Shown: in pieces, positions 13,765 to 27,707 of the stretch | Position numbering within the stretch: position 1 is the first letter of the stretch | Layout: every line of letters starts with the position of its first letter | DNA from: Octopus bimaculoides | Lineage: Eukaryota | Direction: 5' to 3' | NCBI RefSeq assembly: GCF_001194135.2 | Contig: NC_068999.1 | Span: forward strand, 14,256,875-14,313,152 | DNA: 56,278 nucleotides | Notes under the pieces: generated by a model | Told to the model about the DNA's origin: nothing | Seen by the model: the letters and a program-made list of their open reading frames with translations, nothing else | Database searches by the model: none | Made by a program: the position numbers and the translations under genes

Positions 13765-14844
13765 GGTATATGTATTAAAACCCACGATATCATGAATGAT
13801 ATACAGAGAAGGCTGCAGTATATCAGAAGCTTACTTGGAGTTTCGATTCGATCACATCCACAAGTTTTCTTTTAAACATGTAATTGGGTGCGTGAATGAA
13901 CATATAAGCTTTTGGAGAACATATTTAACCTGAACTTTCACCGATATACCGATATCAATATGTGTTTTCTATTGCAGTTTGCCAAAAGACACTTCCATGT
14001 ATATTTCAACTATTCTGACTAATATGTAGCTACAATTGAATGCACAGACATGTTTGCTGAAAATTTGTATTTTTGTGATCTAAATAGAAACATCTTTTTT
14101 CTCGAATCAGTTGTTGTCTCTACGTGTCATTGCTTAAATTCCTCTGTTTTCTCTCGCTACCAACTTATAGAAAGTTGTGTATAACTTTTAAAATAAGCTT
14201 CGACACGTATATCAATGTGGAATGACTAATAATTCGAATAGCAGTGAATTGATACTTAGAAAATATTCTGCTATTTGTTGAGTTAAATAATATCATTTTT
14301 ATTCGAATTTCTCATTTAAGCATTCCGTTACGTTACCGCAGAATCTCTCATTGAATTTCAGTAATTCCATTTTTGTAAATGTATGAAACAAAGCTTTGCA
14401 AATGCTGAAGTTTTATTGACATAAGTGTCGCCATTCTTGTTGTTAATGTTAATCATACTTTTAGTATACTTACGATGAACACCATTCTACCTGAACAGGG
14501 AATGATTTTGGAGATTTTGTTTGCTAATTGTATGACTAGAGCCAAAGAAAGTGAAATAGGAAATGATGCCAACTTTTTCCATAGATGTTGAAACTCATCC
14601 CAAATTATAAGTTATGTATGTATATATACATACACAAGCACAGATATTGTGAACTGTTCCGTGGTGGTGAGTTCAAATAAAAGAGTACTCCCACTTTTTA
14701 GAAACAAACAGCATTTTATAAAGACAATATCAATATATGTTTTTATGCACTACTACTAGTTTCGGGTGCTGACAATTTGCTAAGTTTTGTTTTACTTCAC
14801 GTCCGGTGTCCAGCATAATCGTCACTGAACTTACTTTTGCATCA

Positions 14845-15005
14845 GTCATTAGACTACACACCTCTTGGGGTAGCGACTTGAATAATTTTAGTCGAATGAA
14901 GCGTTCATGTTATTGGGTTTAACCTGGTACTTATACTATTTGACATCTCTTCCGAACCTCTGTGTTCGAGAAGGTAAACTCACCAACACCGGTTGTCATG
15001 TAGTG
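14845..15005 (+). mobile_element. Decayed SINE-like interspersed repeat (family C); related fragment at ~55615-55700
   Basis: TTAGTCGAATGAA...CTGGTACTTAT...CCGAACC...GTAAACTCACCAACACCGGTTGTCA resembles a recalled high-copy octopus repeat; strand assignment uncertain. Confidence 0.45.
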
Positions 15006-15169
15006 AAACACTTTAAAATGGATATATACCCTTTAAATGTCCGCTTTCAAAAACCACTCACATGTATTTGTTCAGTCCAAGTTTATAAGACACCTGAACA
15101 AGATATCACGCAATGGGACGGATCCGGAACGATGTGATTGGAAAGCAATTTTTTTTTACCATTCAGACA

Positions 15170-15737
15170 CGCTCGCAAAGCGTTTAGAGTGGAGTAAAAA
15201 CCTACAGAAATGGTCCCTAGAGAAGTGGAAGAAAGTTATTTTGTCGGAAAAGTCATCATGTACCTTATTTCCAACCACCGACCGAATATACGTGTGGAGA
15301 CAGCCAAAACAAGCATTTGACCCAGATTGCCTTCTTCCAACTGTTAAACATGTTGGAGGATCTGTGATGATCTGGGGAGGGGGGCTATATCTTGGAAATC
15401 AGCCGGCCTAATGGTTTCCCTTCAGGGCAGATTAAACAGTCAAGACAATTTAAGCATTTTATCTGATCTATTTCATCCTACGTTTTCCGAATTGTTTCCG
15501 GGGCGAAACGCTATCTTTCAGGATGATAATGCACCGATTCACACAGCTAAATTGTAACTGAATGGCACAAGGAACATTGTAGTGAAGTTGATCATCTTAT
15601 CTCGCCACCACAGTTCCGAGATCTCAATAGTATTAAACATTTATGGTGCATTTTAGAAAAAAAACATGTAAGGAGTCGATATCTTCCACCATCATTACTA
15701 CAAGTAGGAGTTTCCCCTATTTTGTCCAACCTCTGTA
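15170..15737 (+). mobile_element. 5'-truncated Tc1-family transposon remnant with right TIR
   Basis: WKKVILSEKS (W.KV.FSDES), PTVKHVGGSVMIWG, FQDDNAPIHTA, PPQFRDLNSIKHLW (SPDLNPIEHLW); ends TTTTGTCCAACCTCTGTA, a Tc1-type terminus with TA; no left TIR found. Confidence 0.88.
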
Positions 15738-16884
15738 TATTCCTTGATATATTAATGTGTTTAACTTATTTATTTCTACAAATTCTGATATTATTTCTTT
15801 TATATAACTATGTGAGTGAGAATTGCCTGTTTAATTCAAGGCATTTTTATAATGCCATTTACTTTTCTGTACTAACCTTTCTCTCACAAAACATTTATTG
15901 CTATCTCATGACTTTTCTCACTACGTGTAAAGATATGCATTTTACGTGTATATACCTGCTACCTAAGCACGTATATAATTTGGTCAGTAAGTTAATGTAA
16001 TTGACAGCATCAAACAAATGACTTTATTGAACGGGGCAATGAGTCAGAGCATTTGCTATTTCTACTGAATCAGGAGATATTAGGTTAGGTCGGTATTTTG
16101 TTATCGGTTATTCAAATGATGCAGTGAAGGGATTTCTGAAGCTCTTCATTGTAGATTTTTCAATTAGATAATAAATTCCTTCCGTATCTAGAAGCTTACC
16201 TTCTACTTGAATTGCTGATCTGCGCAAGAATAAAAATAAGATTGACGACAGGACATTAGGTTTTGGAGCGTTTAGAGAATAGTGAAAAATCACGCAGCAT
16301 CGATCCATTACATTTTCCATTACGTTTGCTTATAGGTTTATACTTTGTGTTTTTATTTGGCAGATGTTGCCACTTTGAAATAAATGCAAAGCTTATATGC
16401 ATGTGCAGAGATAAATGTTGTAGCGGCATGTGTTACGTTTGCTTAAATATATTCGGACATAACTGCTAGGTTTAGCTTGATTTTTATTTTAATATTAATA
16501 TAACATATTTTGGGGCTTTAAATATTGTTATTAATATCGTGTCTACATAAACTTGTGGATGTAATTTTATATTCATAATGCAAATCGGCATACAAATATT
16601 TAGCACGTAGCAAATAACGTATATTTAAGGGGAAATATGTGCAAACGTGTAGATTTACAAGGGAACAGTTTTCGTCTTATTTCCTGTGCTTTTAATTTGG
16701 GAAACCAGAGCAAACCAGATTATTTCAGATTTTATATCTTACACCGTACGTCAATAAAGATAATAACATTCATGGTGATACAATGATTCTAATAAATAAG
16801 AAAATTAGTAGCATCATATTTTTGCTAAGTTGAGTATCAAGTCGGGACACTTGTTTCTAATTTAAGGACGATCAGAAATTTCAT

Positions 16885-17005
16885 TTAGGTGGCTAGTCGA
16901 ATTCACTCATTACCGTACTTGATTGGTACTGTATTTTATCGCAATAGAGGAAGGATGAGCAACAGATGTGAAACCAGAAGGTCGAAACACGTAAAGCCGA
17001 CTGGA
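16885..17005 (-). mobile_element. Highly decayed SINE (family A)
   Basis: CTAGTCGAATTCAC...TGGTACTGTATTTTATCG...AAGGATGA matches the minus-strand pattern of the other family A copies in the window. Confidence 0.4.
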
Positions 17006-17600
17006 CCTGTCACCTCACAGCGCGTCACTTTGGAATACGATACATTAATACATTAACATAAATATTAATATTAGTATTATTAATACATTAGTATTACTTT
17101 ATCTAATTTTTGAAATACTCACCTTAAGTTCGTTAGTTATATTTTGTACTTGGTATATCAAATTGTGTAATTGAGTGTACTGATATTTTTCACACTTTAA
17201 AAATAGTTCAATGTGGCATCGTGCATTTTCACTGATGATGAACCTTTCGCTTATACTTTCAAGATATGCTGGTCATTTTAAATTATATCACTTGAAATAC
17301 TGGATGCAACATGGTCATTGTTTCCTAGACCAACGTGACACCTCGTAGAGTTGTCATATGTTGATAAACATTGCATCCGAATACCATTCTATCTTTTTAG
17401 AGTGATATAATTCTACCCTAGATAAAATTTCAGTGTTTGGAACGCTAGTGTTATATATTTATGGATACGTTGCAGTCATTTCTAGTAAAACAAATGGCTA
17501 TGTAAATAGACCATCGTTGTCTCGGTATCGCTCTTTAACTCAACATGATATCTAATTACCATTTTCTCGTAATTATCTGTGTGGAAATGTTCATTCACAG

Positions 17601-17691
17601 CTTCCAATTTGTGAATGGTGGGACGAAGTTAATGGCGTCTATTGGATTGATATTTCTCTGGATTACATCCAATTCATGATTGAAAGTAGAG
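17601..17691 (+). CDS. Candidate internal coding exon (LPICEWWDEVNGVYWIDISLDYIQFMIESR-G), product unknown
   Basis: TTCATTCACAG acceptor, AGAG|GTGAGT donor, exactly one open frame over 91 nt. Confidence 0.3.
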
Positions 17692-18935
17692 GTGAGTATC
17701 GCCGAAAAATTCCATTCTTTAAATTTTAAATAATTCTGGCAATACGTCTGTGTTCAATATTGCCTCGCCAGCTAACCAGAACTAAATGAGATGTCATCGA
17801 TCATTATGCACAACGTCTCCGATTCTGCAATGAATTTTATTGAAGTCAATTTTATGTAGTGCGTGCACAATAACAATATCTATTCATTTCGATATTGCTA
17901 TTTGAGTAATAACATTGTTTGTATTTCTTCAGTCAGTGCTTGTCGAAGCGTATAGAGAAATGAGAATGTCTAGCAAATTCTATGAGATAAATACACTAAA
18001 TATGTTCATGTTAAACTCCAGATTCACAAAGTCAGCCATTCTGCTTAATTTCCCACTGTCTAAACTTAGTTTGTCATAGCATAAAAAGGCCTCGTTAATG
18101 AACTCGGCGTGTGAGTGATGCAAATGGCAAAAAGAGAATAAAAATGAAAAGAAACCTCGCAGTGACGGTTCATATGTTAGAAATATGACACTGTCTAACA
18201 AATGAGAAATATACGCGAGATATTGTTCAGCAACAAATATTTATGAAGATCTTTTATTCATTAATAGAGGAAACAGTAAAGGATGGACAGTTACTAAATA
18301 CTCAGATAATTACGATTGGTGTTATGTATTCCGTTTATCTAAAACAAAAATATTTATTGTATCGTGTGGCTAGCTTTGTTATACAAATTCCATCATGGTT
18401 TCATAATCAACATCAAATATTCCAAATTTGATATCTCTGAAATGAATAGAGGACAATGATAATATTTGCCACCTGCATCTGTATTTAATATGTGAGCCGC
18501 GTATCATAGGATGTACATATATCTATAGATTATCATTAATTCGATAGCGTTGGGAGAAATAAAATGATCAGGTCGAATTCTGTAAATCTAAGGTCTACGT
18601 TTTAACATAAAATTAATTTTTTTTGAAATATGTTTCCGAGTGGCGTTTTGTAATCATTGTGTGTAAATTACACGTGGAAGATAATTCATTTAAATTGTCC
18701 ATTTCTATTTGGTTACAAACTGGCGTTGTGATATAGGGATATCACTTTAAGAATTAATAAATATCTGTGGTTTATATGGACTTAAGCAACGTTCATTTAT
18801 TTAGTTATTACTGCACTTACCATTTTAAACAATATTATTTATCGTTTTCGTTTCTCTTTTCGACATCCATAGGTGACATACGACATATTAATGCAAGGAA
18901 CTTATTAAGATGAAGGTAATATTGTCAGATGTTTC

Positions 18936-20164
18936 TATCGCGTCATTGAAAATGAAATGTCCGATTTTATTATGCTCCAAGTTTAACAATCGCCAAATCA
19001 ATTGTTTTATCCTAACAATTCTTTGTTTTACAACATTGAAGAGTTACATAAACACTTTTCGAAATGCAATTTATGGTGTCTGATTATATAGTGAGTTTTT
19101 CTCTTGTAAATTAATTTTTGTGAACCCATAGATAGATAAAAATATTCGTGTAGTTCTTGAATATGAGTTCCCTCGTGGAACCAATGCATCCCAGACAGAT
19201 CAAAACATCAATGAAGTGTTTGGTACAGATGTGGCGAATGAGCGAACCGTATGTCGATTGTTTGAGTAATTCCGGTCTGGTGACTTTACTTATGAAGATC
19301 AGCCCCGTGGTAGACTTGAGCATAATGTTGATAATGATGAAAGGGAAACTGTAGTGGAAGCGGATACATCTCAAATCACATGTGACTTGCAACAAGGTTT
19401 GATGTTTCTATTCCAACTGTATTGGACCATCTGAAACAAATCGACAAGGTAAAGAAGCTGGACAAATGGGTAACACACGAACTGAACGATCATCACATGA
19501 TACGTCGTCTTCAAACTTGCTGTCACGGCTTAAAAACGAATCGATTTTGCATTGTGTTGTTACGTGTGAGGAAAAATGGATTCTTTACAACAGCAAGCGT
19601 TCTGCGCGGTGGTTAGAGAGAGACGAAGTACCAAAACACAATCGAAAAAAGAATATTCATCAAAATAAGGCTAATGGCGTCTATTTGGCGGTCCAGAGCT
19701 GGTGTCATCCACTACAGCTTCATAAGACCTGGTAAACCAATTACAGCGGATGTATTCATTCACCAAATGGATGAAATGATGAGTGAACTTGCGATTAAAC
19801 AACCGAGACTGGTCAATAAAGACAGGTCAATTGTCTTGCCAGACAATGATCGACCACATGTTGCACAAGGAGCGCTACCCAAGTTACAGGAACTGAACTT
19901 GGACGCACTGTGTCATCCACCATATTTACCAGACCTTACACTGACTGACTATCAGGATTTCCAGGTATTAGACAACTATTTGCAAGGAAAAAAAATTAAA
20001 TCCAAAAAGATGCAAAAACAGCCTATCGTCATTTTATCACCTCTTGCTCTCCAGAATTCTTTGCTGCCGGCGTAAACAAACTACCGATAAAATGGGAAAA
20101 TTGTGTTGATAATTTAGGTGCATATTTTGATTAACTGCATTGATTTTTGTTGAATGACCTAATA
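18936..20164 (+). mobile_element. Decayed near full-length mariner (DD34D) transposon
   Basis: Transposase remnant ~19128-20134: EYEF..GTNA, KKLDKWVTHEL, VTCEEKWILYN, PDNDRPHVA..HPPYLPDLTLTDY (34 residues between the 2nd and 3rd D), DNLGAYFD*; degenerate TIR-like ends at ~18936 and ~20164. Confidence 0.93.
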
Positions 20165-20389
20165 TTTATCTTATCGAATGAGAGGCATTAATTATCAAGA
20201 TTTAAATGACCGATTTCCGAAAGACCTCACGTTAATCTTCTACTAAAACGTGACTGTTCAACAGATATTCTGTGAGATGTTTCATTCACTTTTTAAATGC
20301 CAGTAGCTGCTTCCTAAAATCATAGTACTTTATAAGCGCATAACTCTTTATAAGAACAGTGTATTTTGTAAGAACATACTTATAAAGTA

Positions 20390-20390
<1 letters not shown>

Positions 20391-20436
<46 letters not shown>

Positions 20437-20441
20437 TTATT

Positions 20442-20518
<77 letters not shown>

Positions 20519-20633
20519 CATTATTATTATAATTCTTCTCCTCCTCCTCCTCCNNNNNNNNNNNNNNNNNNNNNNNNNNNNNNNNNNNNNNNNNNNNNNN
20601 NNNNNNTTCTTCTTCTTCTTCTTCTTCTTCTTC
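20391..20633. repeat. (CTT)n/(ATT)n/(CCT)n compound microsatellite with gap
   Basis: Visible arrays around N-run 20554-20606. Confidence 0.95.
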
Positions 20634-20974
20634 TCACAATAGTATCGCTAGCCCGCCCTTACATATGATTTTGATTCTCTTCAAGACTAACGCGCGACAC
20701 TTTCCCAGCCCGGACTCCATCCTGATATCAGCAACAAGGGAACTGATTCGGGATTCACATTCACCATAAAGTTTGAGGTCATCCATGGTTGAAAGTTTAT
20801 TGACAGCTCTTGAATACATACCAAACCTTTGCTTTCCTCAGAATCATGGTTTCTTTATATTGTTTACATACACGACATGTTGGGCTACCTGGTAGACACT
20901 TGTAGGTAGGCATTGATCTTCGGCTGCTATAATAAACTTTTCAGCGAGAAGACACTAGCCAGTGATGGGTAAGA

Positions 20975-20975
<1 letters not shown>
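20634..20975 (-). mobile_element. R4/Dong-like non-LTR retrotransposon fragments (zinc-knuckle region and RT region)
   Basis: Minus strand EKFIIAAEDQCLPT..GSPTCRVCKQYKETM (20844-20950) and MDDLKLYG..DIRMESGLGKCRALVLKR (20640-20800); abuts (TAA)n at 20976-21012. Confidence 0.75.
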
Positions 20976-21012
<37 letters not shown>

Positions 21013-22905
21013 CAGTCTCTTTATTATTTTAGTAATAGCATTAATGATATAAATAATAATACCAACAAAGTAATCATGAGATAGATGTATTACTACAGCC
21101 AAAAACTATCTAAAAGAAGTGAAAATGTCAAGGGTATGTATTAAACGAATCGAGCGAATACACTGAACGTTTTAGAAAATCTAATGTAAATTGATATTAT
21201 TGCGTTTGTATATGAATGATAAACGTGTAATCAATAGAATATCATTGTATTGTAATTTCTAAAACAATATAGCATAAAACTGACCTTGTTCAATGCATAA
21301 TGCATTTAAATTGAAAGATCATGAAAACGGAACGTTTTCATCAAACGGAAATTTTTTCTCATCATTTCCTTCCATAATTGTAAATATTTTTAATTTCATC
21401 GAGTAGATCAAATAACAAACGTTGATTTGCCGTTCCTTGCTGATTCTTTCATTGTTTATATATTCATTTATGTATGATGATATCATACAATAATCACATT
21501 CCTGAAATTAATGTGACAGAACACATACCAATTAAATTATGTAATAAGTGGGAATAATCACTATACGTATAATATAGTCATCCAAGATGCATTCGACCTC
21601 ACACACACAAATGCATATTATGCGTATGAGTCTGAAAGCGTCTCTGATCGTGTACATATGTGCTTGTATATATGTATATGACCGTATGAGTGGAGGTACG
21701 GACACATATACATACGTATGTATGTATATATATACATATATATAAATGTATATATATATATATATATGCAGCTGTATGATATAATGCACAAACGCACGCA
21801 AGCACATTTATATATGTATTCGCACTCATACATATATATCAAGAGAGAGTTAAACATCTAATACGCTTTCTTCATTTTGCTTAGTGTTAAAATGCAACTA
21901 TCTATTAAACAGATTCAAGAATAAAATCATGTGCAAAATGATTATGAATCACATAAACAGTAATTGCACAAATATCCATCATTGATTTCTTTACACTCAT
22001 AAACATGAATGAGTGTGCTGTACTTGATGTTGTTTATTACAAAGTGGATAAAGGAAGCCATTATTCTCTATAATTTTACATAACCAACTATATTGTTTAG
22101 GGCGCTTCTTTACGAAGATTGTAATTTGAAGCCTAGTGGATATATTACTGTGCACAATTATATCAGCAAATGTTAAAAATGAGAATACTGATCAGCACAT
22201 TTATCAATGTGCCTTAATTAAATTTAATACGCAAAATTAGGACATATCGCTTATATTATCCTTTTAGGCATCCTGCAATATATTACTTGCAATATTCCTT
22301 GTTCTAATAACGACGTTATCTCATTGGAATTTAAACCGGCATTTCACACTATGCTTTAAGAAGAAAATTTACGAAAATGAAAAATCAAAACTTTAGGAGC
22401 GGAGTATTCGAAACACTGTCTGATACATATTTCAATAGGATTTGGAAAGCAGATGCTCTTAGTGGTTGATGATAATCGAGGTAAATATAAACTCTTCATT
22501 CATTTACATGAATTAGATCAAATAGTGTGATAGGTTCCAGATGTTTAAAAACTGGGATGAGTAACACGATTTAATCTGGAGGGAAATCAATGTAAATTAC
22601 ATTGACACACTCGATAGCAACACCTATTTTCCCAAGCATAAATTTACATAAAGGCATAATTCGATTTGACTGAAGACAAGAAAATGAGGATTCAAGAGTT
22701 ATTACCTTAATGACGAAATGAATTTCCTCAAATGACGAAAGCGTAATTATTTCAAATAAGGGAAGTATATAACGACGAATATCATACGAAAATTTTCCAC
22801 ATATTTGAGCTTACTTCTATACCTGAAGCCCTTCAGAGACAATGAGCATCTAAATCTGTCGTCTCTACCTTCACTCGAATGCAAAATTTACATACACATA
22901 TAAAC

Positions 22906-22906
<1 letters not shown>

Positions 22907-22936
<30 letters not shown>

Positions 22937-23024
22937 TTATGTATGTATGTATGTATGTATGTATGCATGTATGTATATATGTATGTATGTATGTATATAT
23001 TATGTATGTATGTATGTATGTATG

Positions 23025-23058
<34 letters not shown>

Positions 23059-23060
23059 TC

Positions 23061-23091
<31 letters not shown>

Positions 23092-23095
23092 CTAT
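22907..23095. repeat. (TATG)n then (TATC)n tetranucleotide microsatellite
   Basis: Directly visible. Confidence 0.96.
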
Positions 23096-23429
23096 GCATG
23101 CATGTATGTGCCGGACCAAGCTAAAAGAAGAACACAGTTGACCTGCGTACTACACATGTTTTGAAGGAAGTAGAAAGGATAGATGGAATAGCGCAGAATA
23201 TATGTTTGGGTTTGCCTTTCCATGTACGTTTTTCTATAGATTTCAATATTCACTCACTTGTTGACTCAGATACATACACCATTGACACACATACACAATG
23301 AATGTGTGTACGTGTGTGTTGTTACATCTATATAAAAAATGTGGTTTTATATGCTACCTTTGCAATATGATAACGTAAATCATTAAATAACACGCGCGCG
23401 CGCACATACACACACACACTCACACACAC

Positions 23430-23479
<50 letters not shown>

Positions 23480-23809
23480 GTATATATATATGCATATTTA
23501 GAAAATGTATATAGGGTAGAAAAATTTGAGAAATTTTCTACCAGTGGCTAGCATTCATAAAATAGTCCACAACATATTTTTCATATAAAACTATGCAGAA
23601 AATTGTGATAATAAGTCAGCTCTTGTTCTTACATTTCTTCATTTGTTATAAATTTTAATTAAATGCAACAAGTACTAATATTCGTACCTCATGATCTAAG
23701 AAAATTAAGGACGTGAAAACTGGTATTGGAGATATTCCTACGTATTCCTAATGCAAAGATAAAAATATAACAACCTGTATCATTATGTCTCTAAGACCTA
23801 CGTTATAGG

Positions 23810-23945
23810 ATCAAATTCCGCCGAGGTCCACTTTGCTTCTCTTCTTTGCTTGGTCTATAAAAAAGAGTAACACTTCAACATAGGTGTCGATGCAATCGAC
23901 TTCTCTCCTTCCCTGAAACTGAAGGCCTTGTGCCAAAACTGAAAC
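23810..23945 (+). mobile_element. SINE family A, 5'-truncated or decayed
   Basis: TCAAATTCCGCCGAGGTCCACTTTGC...GGTGTCGATGCAATCGAC...GGCCTTGTGCC, matching the 48824-49020 copy. Confidence 0.7.
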
Positions 23946-24149
23946 TCACATACGCATATGTTTATATGTATACATATAGAGGCACATTCACACACACACA
24001 TACACATGCACGCACAGATAAACGCTAATCTATATATAGATATGGATATGAAAGATAATCGTTATATACCTCTTGTAAATATCTTGTTAAAATACCGCCA
24101 CTAACAATTAATGTATAATGTACATACATAGAAAGTGAGATATATAAAT

Positions 24150-24152
24150 GAG

Positions 24153-24188
<36 letters not shown>

Positions 24189-24243
24189 GAGAGGGAGAGA
24201 GAGAGNNNNNNNNNNGAGAGAGAGAGGGAGAGAGAGAGAGAGG

Positions 24244-24280
<37 letters not shown>
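24150..24280. repeat. (GA)n microsatellite with 10-N gap
   Basis: Directly visible. Confidence 0.95.
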
Positions 24281-24282
<2 letters not shown>

Positions 24283-27200
24283 TTTAGCGTTTATATATGT
24301 GGTAATGTAGTTGTACACATTATCGCCTGTGTGTGCATGTAGTTATTTTGTCTTCGATGTTCAAATAATAAGAGAATATTTTGTACGCAAATTTGCAAAA
24401 AGAGAATTGTGTTGCTACTATGTCAGTGCAACATGTTACAGATAAATATCTTTACACGCAATTGAGTATCTTAGCCACATATGTTTGCAACGGTAAAGCT
24501 GTCGAAATATGTGATTCATACTAGCTCACATATAACTTGAGTTTCAAAAATAAACGTTATACAAAGTTCAAACAAGCTGTTACTCTTTACTGATATATAA
24601 AATGTTATCCCGTATGACATTTTATTTCAACGATCATAAATTTTGTTGGAAGAAAAATATTTCATTTATACTTTGTTGTACTGGGCACAGCAGTGCAGTT
24701 TTTGAGTGGTAAATGCGTATTTTCCAGATGTTTATAGAATTTATTCCGGTTCTAATTTCGGAATCACTAGATATCAACTCTTTACGATATTCTGTGACAG
24801 TCAATTAAATAATATAACTGGTAAAGATTCTTGTCTCTACCTCTTCAGATTATATGCATATTTTAATATAGCATCATTTTGCTATATTGTATCTTAAACA
24901 TCCCTGTGGAATACACAGTTGCTAATGGTTAAATTTCAGAACTCAGTTGTCGCTTAAGCATTGACCATGGTTCCATAGTAAATTTCTTCTGCTACAGATT
25001 AACATATGCATATTCGACATGCTGCTGTGTATGATATAATGAAGATAAATTTTCAGTAACTCACATCTATATTCTGTCGTAGATTTACAAGTTGCTCTAT
25101 TTCATATTTCCGCACTCACCTTGCATACATATAATAAAGTATATGCATGTGATTTTTATTAAAACCTCTTCTGGAGTGACAAAGAAAATGACTCCCAAAC
25201 TTCTAATGCCTCGAATACCTTGTAAATTATATTGCTCCTCTGACTGAATTAAGCATGTGAATCGAAATCTGAATACTTACAAAGGACTAAACATTTGTCT
25301 ATGATCATTTTAACCATGCGTATCATCCAAGCGTGTGGATTCAGCCCAGCAATCTTTCCCCAAAAGTCACGTTTTATTGCTTCTGGAAGAAGCATATAAT
25401 TGTCGATTAATAAATGGTTAATGATGGTTTTCTTTCTATTACACGTAAATATTGTCATTCTTGTAGTAGCATAATTTGGATTTTCAGTTTTCGATTTTAT
25501 GATCAAAATTTAAACGTTATATGTTGAATGTCTCTTAAATTTGATGTAACATCGTGTTATCTTCACTTTAGCATCTTAAATATTTATATAGATTCTCCGT
25601 TTGGTGTACTCCCACTTATGCATATATATTTATATTCGTATACATGAATGAGGTGTGGCAGTATTCCTGTCCAAATTAGCGAATCACGCTGTGTTTATCA
25701 GAAGTAGAGTTAACAATATGTGGTTGAGCAAACGGCGGATATACTATAACGTTTCAAGCGTGATCAGCGATTTAGACATAACGAATATCAAAACTGTAAA
25801 TCTTCCGCCTTGGGAAGCATTTGAAATATAACTATATTCAATACTTTGTATATATCAAAATGCTAGTGGGAAGTAACTATAAATAATAAGAAATACAGTG
25901 AACATTTATACTTATATGGCTTCCCTTTGCATTCTTGAATCATTGTTGAATATAAGTTAGCCAAGAATTGAATTTGGCATTAGTCATCATTATCTTTTTT
26001 TGTTCCTCTCCCTTTTTATTACTGTATTTTGTACAAACGTATGCCGCTAAAACCTGGGATAATATTATACTGGTAGAGGACGATATCCGATATTACTGTA
26101 AGTAGTTGAAATAGTGACATTTAACATCTGTGCATATCAAATATTTCGACAACCTCAAAAAATTCTGCAACCCTTTATTCCAAATTAGAAGAGGTTATAA
26201 AAGAACAATAAATAATCATCTAAGCAATATTTTATTGAAGAGCGAAACATACACGGAGAATCCTATCACATATCTGTAATATTTTCGCAGATTATGCAGA
26301 ATTTATCGATAGAGAATTTGAATGTTTGAAGTAGATATTTTGATTGCATAACTGAATAGTGTGTGTTATTTTGCAATACACAACTTAACATATTGGAGGT
26401 GTTTTATCATAATTGGTCATGAAACAAGAGTAAATAAAACATAATAGCAGCTCTTTTAGAACGTATCACTAGGAAACATTCTTGCTTTATAACATAATCT
26501 TCAAAGAATCGTGGGAATGATTCTGTGTAAAGTAAAACCCAAATTACATTCAGTAGAATTCCTCGAACTCATTTCTTCAAAGCAAATTTTCATTAAGATA
26601 AATAAAGAAATAAAAATGGAATTTTTATATTCATATATGAATACATTCAATTACCTATTGAAGATGAAATTGGATTTCATTCTTTACAAATGAGTAGTTT
26701 TTTGAACTTTCCATTAAAATGTATTTTAGAATTCGACACGATCTTACTTGCAGTTAATTAAAAGAGGAAAATCATAACAAAACAATAGTATTCGAACAAT
26801 AAGTTTTGCGTGTGACTCCATATAGTGATATAAATTCAAAACAAAGTTCGACAAAGTTGCTTTTAAGAGAGTAAAAGTACTATGGAAATTTCGGAGAAAG
26901 AATTTTTGTTGAGTTTTAATATTTAAAGACATGATTTAAATGAACTTTTCAAAGAATTTTTGTAAGACTTGTATGTTGTAAACAGAGGAATGTTACAGGA
27001 ACACGAACGGTCGCATTTAGTTTAACACCACTAATATATTGGAAATACATGTCGATATAAATTCGCACTTCCATAAGTGACATAGTCACTATGAAGTTTT
27101 AGGAAATTCAAATTACATTAAAGTTCAACAAATCAATTCAACAAATCAAATATTTAGCTCTCTACAATAATTCGTCGGAAAAACGGTTTCTGGATAAAGC

Positions 27201-27398
27201 ATCGCTTGTATTACATTTGCGAAGCAGATAATTCTGAATAGGACGTTAATGCAACGTAATGCTTAGGTCAAAAACAAATTTCACTTATATTCCACCAAAT
27301 TGAATGTCTCAGAATTTCCGCCACCTACGCTTTCTCTTTCTCTTTCATTCTCTCCGTATATATATATATACATAGAGAGAGATATAGATTGATAGATA

Positions 27399-27429
<31 letters not shown>

Positions 27430-27531
27430 TAGATATAGATATATTCATATGCATGTATATATATATATATATATATATACACACGTGTATATACGATCTC
27501 ACATACGCAGTATATGTGTTTCGTTCACCAG

Positions 27532-27707
27532 ATTCGTCGCGGCATACAGTTTGAGGATCTCTCGTTTAAACCTGAAAGTCATAGGCAGGCGAAACTACTC
27601 TCCCTGGATCGAATTCGGGAATAATGAGTACCGATATTTCGACATGTTTGTAGCTTATCAACATCAGGTGCCTGAATTGAACCCGAGACGAATTGAATCG
27701 AACATCA
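27532..27707 (+). CDS. Candidate internal coding exon (R-FVAAYSLRISRLNLKVIGRRNYSPWIEFGNNEYRYFDMFVAYQHQVPELNPRRIESNI), product unidentified
   Basis: TTCGTTCACCAG acceptor, ATCA|GTGAGT donor, 176 nt with a single open frame (phase 2 to phase 1), GC/CpG clearly above flanks. Confidence 0.45.
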
